Shown in pieces: positions 61,853 through 64,000 of a stretch of DNA of 64,000 nucleotides; position 1 is the first letter of the stretch, and every line of letters begins with the position of its first letter. Source of the DNA: Nitrospirota bacterium (GTDB lineage Bacteria > Nitrospirota > UBA9217); contig CAWJQQ010000002.1 in the NCBI GenBank assembly GCA_963845065.1, positions 1 to 64,000 of the forward strand. The letters run 5' to 3'. The position numbers were made by a program, and so were the translations under genes. Under the pieces are notes generated by a model that had not been told where the DNA came from, ran no database searches, and worked only from the letters and a program-made list of their open reading frames with translations.

Positions 61853-62020
61853 CTAAGAGAGAAATTTCAATGGGATGATGAAAGGATTGCCGACGCAATT
61901 AGACATATTTCACCGACAGCGCCTGTGAGTAGACCCTTAAACGTATAGCAATATTAAAAGACAATCCTGATAATAGGATTCTCGAGTGTGAAGTCGATGC
62001 AGACGCTAATATAATCGTTA
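61853..62020 (+). pseudogene. PIN-family toxin internal fragment
   Basis: LREKFQW.. then DNPDNRILEC..ADANIIV across a frameshift. Confidence 0.6.
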
Positions 62021-62114
62021 TACAAAGTATTGATATAGTGATGACAAAGAAGTACCAGGCAAGAGAAGATAAATCCCAATCAAGACCGGCTTTATATGCT
62101 GAGGGGAGGATGTT

Positions 62115-63248
62115 ATGCCGCTTGTAATAGGCGTGACCAGGGAGACAGACCGCGGCGAAAAGCGGGTTGCCATCGTTCCGGATGTGGTTAAAAAGTTCAA
62201 GTCTCTGGGCGCTGATCTTTGCTTGGAGCGAGGTGCCGGCGCCGGAAGTTTCATCCTGGACAACGACTTCGGCGCAGCGGAAATTGCCTCAACAAATGCC
62301 GAGGTGTTTGCCCATTCTCAAGTAGTCTTGAAAGTTCAGCCGCCGACCCTGGAGGAGATCAGGCTGATGCAGCCAGCAACCGTTCTCATTGGTTTTCTCA
62401 ATCCTTACCAGGACAAGGAACGGGCAAAACTGCTCTGCGAGCGAAACATTACGAGCTTTGCCGTTGAGTTGATTCCGCGCATCTCGCGCGCGCAGAGCAT
62501 GGACGCCCTCTCTTCCCAGGCCACCGTTGCCGGCTACCAGTGCGCTCTCATCGCGAGCGTGATATCTCCAAAATTCTTCCCTATGATAACCTATGCTGCC
62601 GGGACCCTTCGCCCTACACGGGTCATGGTGATCGGCGCAGGTGTGGCAGGGCTGCAGGCTATCGCGACGGCTCACCGGCTCGGCGCTATTGTCGAAGCCT
62701 ATGATGTGCGTCCTGAAACAAAAGAACAAATCGAGTCTCTCGGCGCGAGGTTTGTGGACACCGGCGTGGCTGCCGTGGGGTCAGGGGGATATGCCAGGGA
62801 ATTGACGCAGGACGAGCGGACAGCTCAGAAGGAGAAGCTGGCCAAGGCGATATCGCAGGCGGACGTGCTGATTACCACAGCGGCAATACCGGGCAAAAAG
62901 AGCCCAGTCATCGTCACCGAAGACATGGTGGCACGCATGAAGAAAGGCGCAGTTATTGTAGATATGGCCGCAGATAGCGGCGGCAACGTAGCAGGCTCCC
63001 GTCCCGGGGAGACTGTGATGAAAGACGGCGTCTCCATCGTAGGCACAATCAACCTTGCCTCCCGCATGCCGGTCCACGCATCGGAAATGTATGCGCGCAA
63101 TTTGTTCAACTTCATTTCACCTTTCATCAAAGATGGCAAGCTTGCTCTTGACTGGAGTGATGAGATACTGGCAGGAAGCGTGTTTACTCATGAAGGATCG
63201 ATCCGCAACGAAGCCGTGAGAAAAATTCTGGAGGCGGCGATATCTTAA
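62115..63248 (+). CDS. pntAA: NAD(P) transhydrogenase subunit alpha part 1
   Basis: GEKRVA, PRISRAQSMDALSSQ, GAGVAGLQA, GSGGYA. Confidence 0.95.
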   Translation: MPLVIGVTRETDRGEKRVAIVPDVVKKFKSLGADLCLERGAGAGSFILDNDFGAAEIASTNAEVFAHSQVVLKVQPPTLEEIRLMQPATVLIGFLNPYQDKERAKLLCERNITSFAVELIPRISRAQSMDALSSQATVAGYQCALIASVISPKFFPMITYAAGTLRPTRVMVIGAGVAGLQAIATAHRLGAIVEAYDVRPETKEQIESLGARFVDTGVAAVGSGGYARELTQDERTAQKEKLAKAISQADVLITTAAIPGKKSPVIVTEDMVARMKKGAVIVDMAADSGGNVAGSRPGETVMKDGVSIVGTINLASRMPVHASEMYARNLFNFISPFIKDGKLALDWSDEILAGSVFTHEGSIRNEAVRKILEAAIS

Positions 63249-63320
63249 TTTACGTAAAATAAAAAGAAAGGTGGCGATTCACCTGCCCGCTAAGCAGGCA
63301 GTCCCCTCGCCAAAAAATCT

Positions 63321-63623
63321 ATGGAAGGTTTTGCAGCCCTCTACATATTCATGCTTGCCGCATTTACCGGCTACGAAGTAATCTCGCGAGTGCCCGTGAT
63401 CCTGCACACGCCGCTCATGTCCGGTTCGAACTTCGTGCATGGCGTCGTTTTAGTCGGCGCCATGGTCGCGCTGGGCGAAGCACGGACACCGTTCGAACAG
63501 GGCATCGGGTTCATCGCCGTGCTGCTCGGCGCGGCGAATGCTGCCGGTGGCTATGTAGTCACGGAACGCATGCTCGGCATGTTCAAGACCGGAAAAGATG
63601 GCAAACCTAGTAGGAAGAACTAA
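63321..63623 (+). CDS. pntAB: NAD(P) transhydrogenase subunit alpha part 2
   Basis: VPVILHTPLMSGSN, GGYVVTERML. Confidence 0.95.
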   Translation: MEGFAALYIFMLAAFTGYEVISRVPVILHTPLMSGSNFVHGVVLVGAMVALGEARTPFEQGIGFIAVLLGAANAAGGYVVTERMLGMFKTGKDGKPSRKN

Positions 63624-63716
63624 CCAGAGAGTTCACGTTAAGACAACGGATAAAGGCCGATTGTTTCTTTTTAATCCTGAGCTCCTTCCAGATGCGCTTT
63701 TTTTGAAAGGTCATTC

Positions 63717-64000
63717 ATGAACGCAAAAATCCTGATTAACGCAAGCTACTTCATCGTAGCACTGTTATTTATTCTTGGGCTCAAAGGCATGTCGTCCCCG
63801 GTCACTGCCCGGCGAGGCATAATCTGGGCCGGTGTGGCCATGGTCCTGGCAACGCTCGTCACCTTCGGCTGGCCTGGAATGACTAATTATACGCTTATGG
63901 TGGTCGCCCTCGCTATCGGCGGTGGTTTTGCCACATGGTCGGGCAAGGTGGTCAAGATGACCGACATTCCACAGATGGTCGCCCTTTACAATGGCATGGG
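63717..64000 (+). CDS. pntB: NAD(P) transhydrogenase subunit beta (partial)
   Basis: LFILGLKGMSSPVTARRG..VKMTDIPQMVALYNGMG. Confidence 0.93.
   Translation, partial: MNAKILINASYFIVALLFILGLKGMSSPVTARRGIIWAGVAMVLATLVTFGWPGMTNYTLMVVALAIGGGFATWSGKVVKMTDIPQMVALYNGM

Overview
Accessory-rich 64-kb bacterial segment. The gene content suggests a Nitrospirota- or Desulfobacterota-like anaerobe, which is an inference. It runs from an exopolysaccharide/nucleotide-sugar operon (1-10.1 kb) to the pntAA-pntAB-pntB transhydrogenase operon (62-64 kb). Between these lie two hybrid histidine kinases, Met-rich putative metal-handling genes, an ArsR-DsrE/F/H-SQR sulfur cluster, a riboswitch-led surface lipoprotein, about 14 intact or decayed toxin-antitoxin (TA) loci and many IS elements or remnants (ISL3, three IS200/IS605 TnpB families, IS1380, IS21 ends). 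The main observation is a family of transposase-less mini-transposons that share one 23-bp terminal inverted repeat (GGGTATCCGGATTTTGCGGTTGA) and each carry a different TA module. Two have clear 8-bp target duplications (24154-24996, 44032-44953), one is decayed (3372-5233), one is a lone end (27210), and one is linked to a relic ISPpu12-like ISL3 transposase (about 10875-12490). Other points: a UGA/SECIS-recoded DsrE selenoprotein missed by the ORF track; an IS605 insertion that splits higB and reveals its TAM; several orphan TnpB omega-RNA loci; a solo integron cassette with a 59-bp attC; and a c-di-GMP-I riboswitch. All calls are made by eye from the sequence and recalled family motifs; no searches were run.
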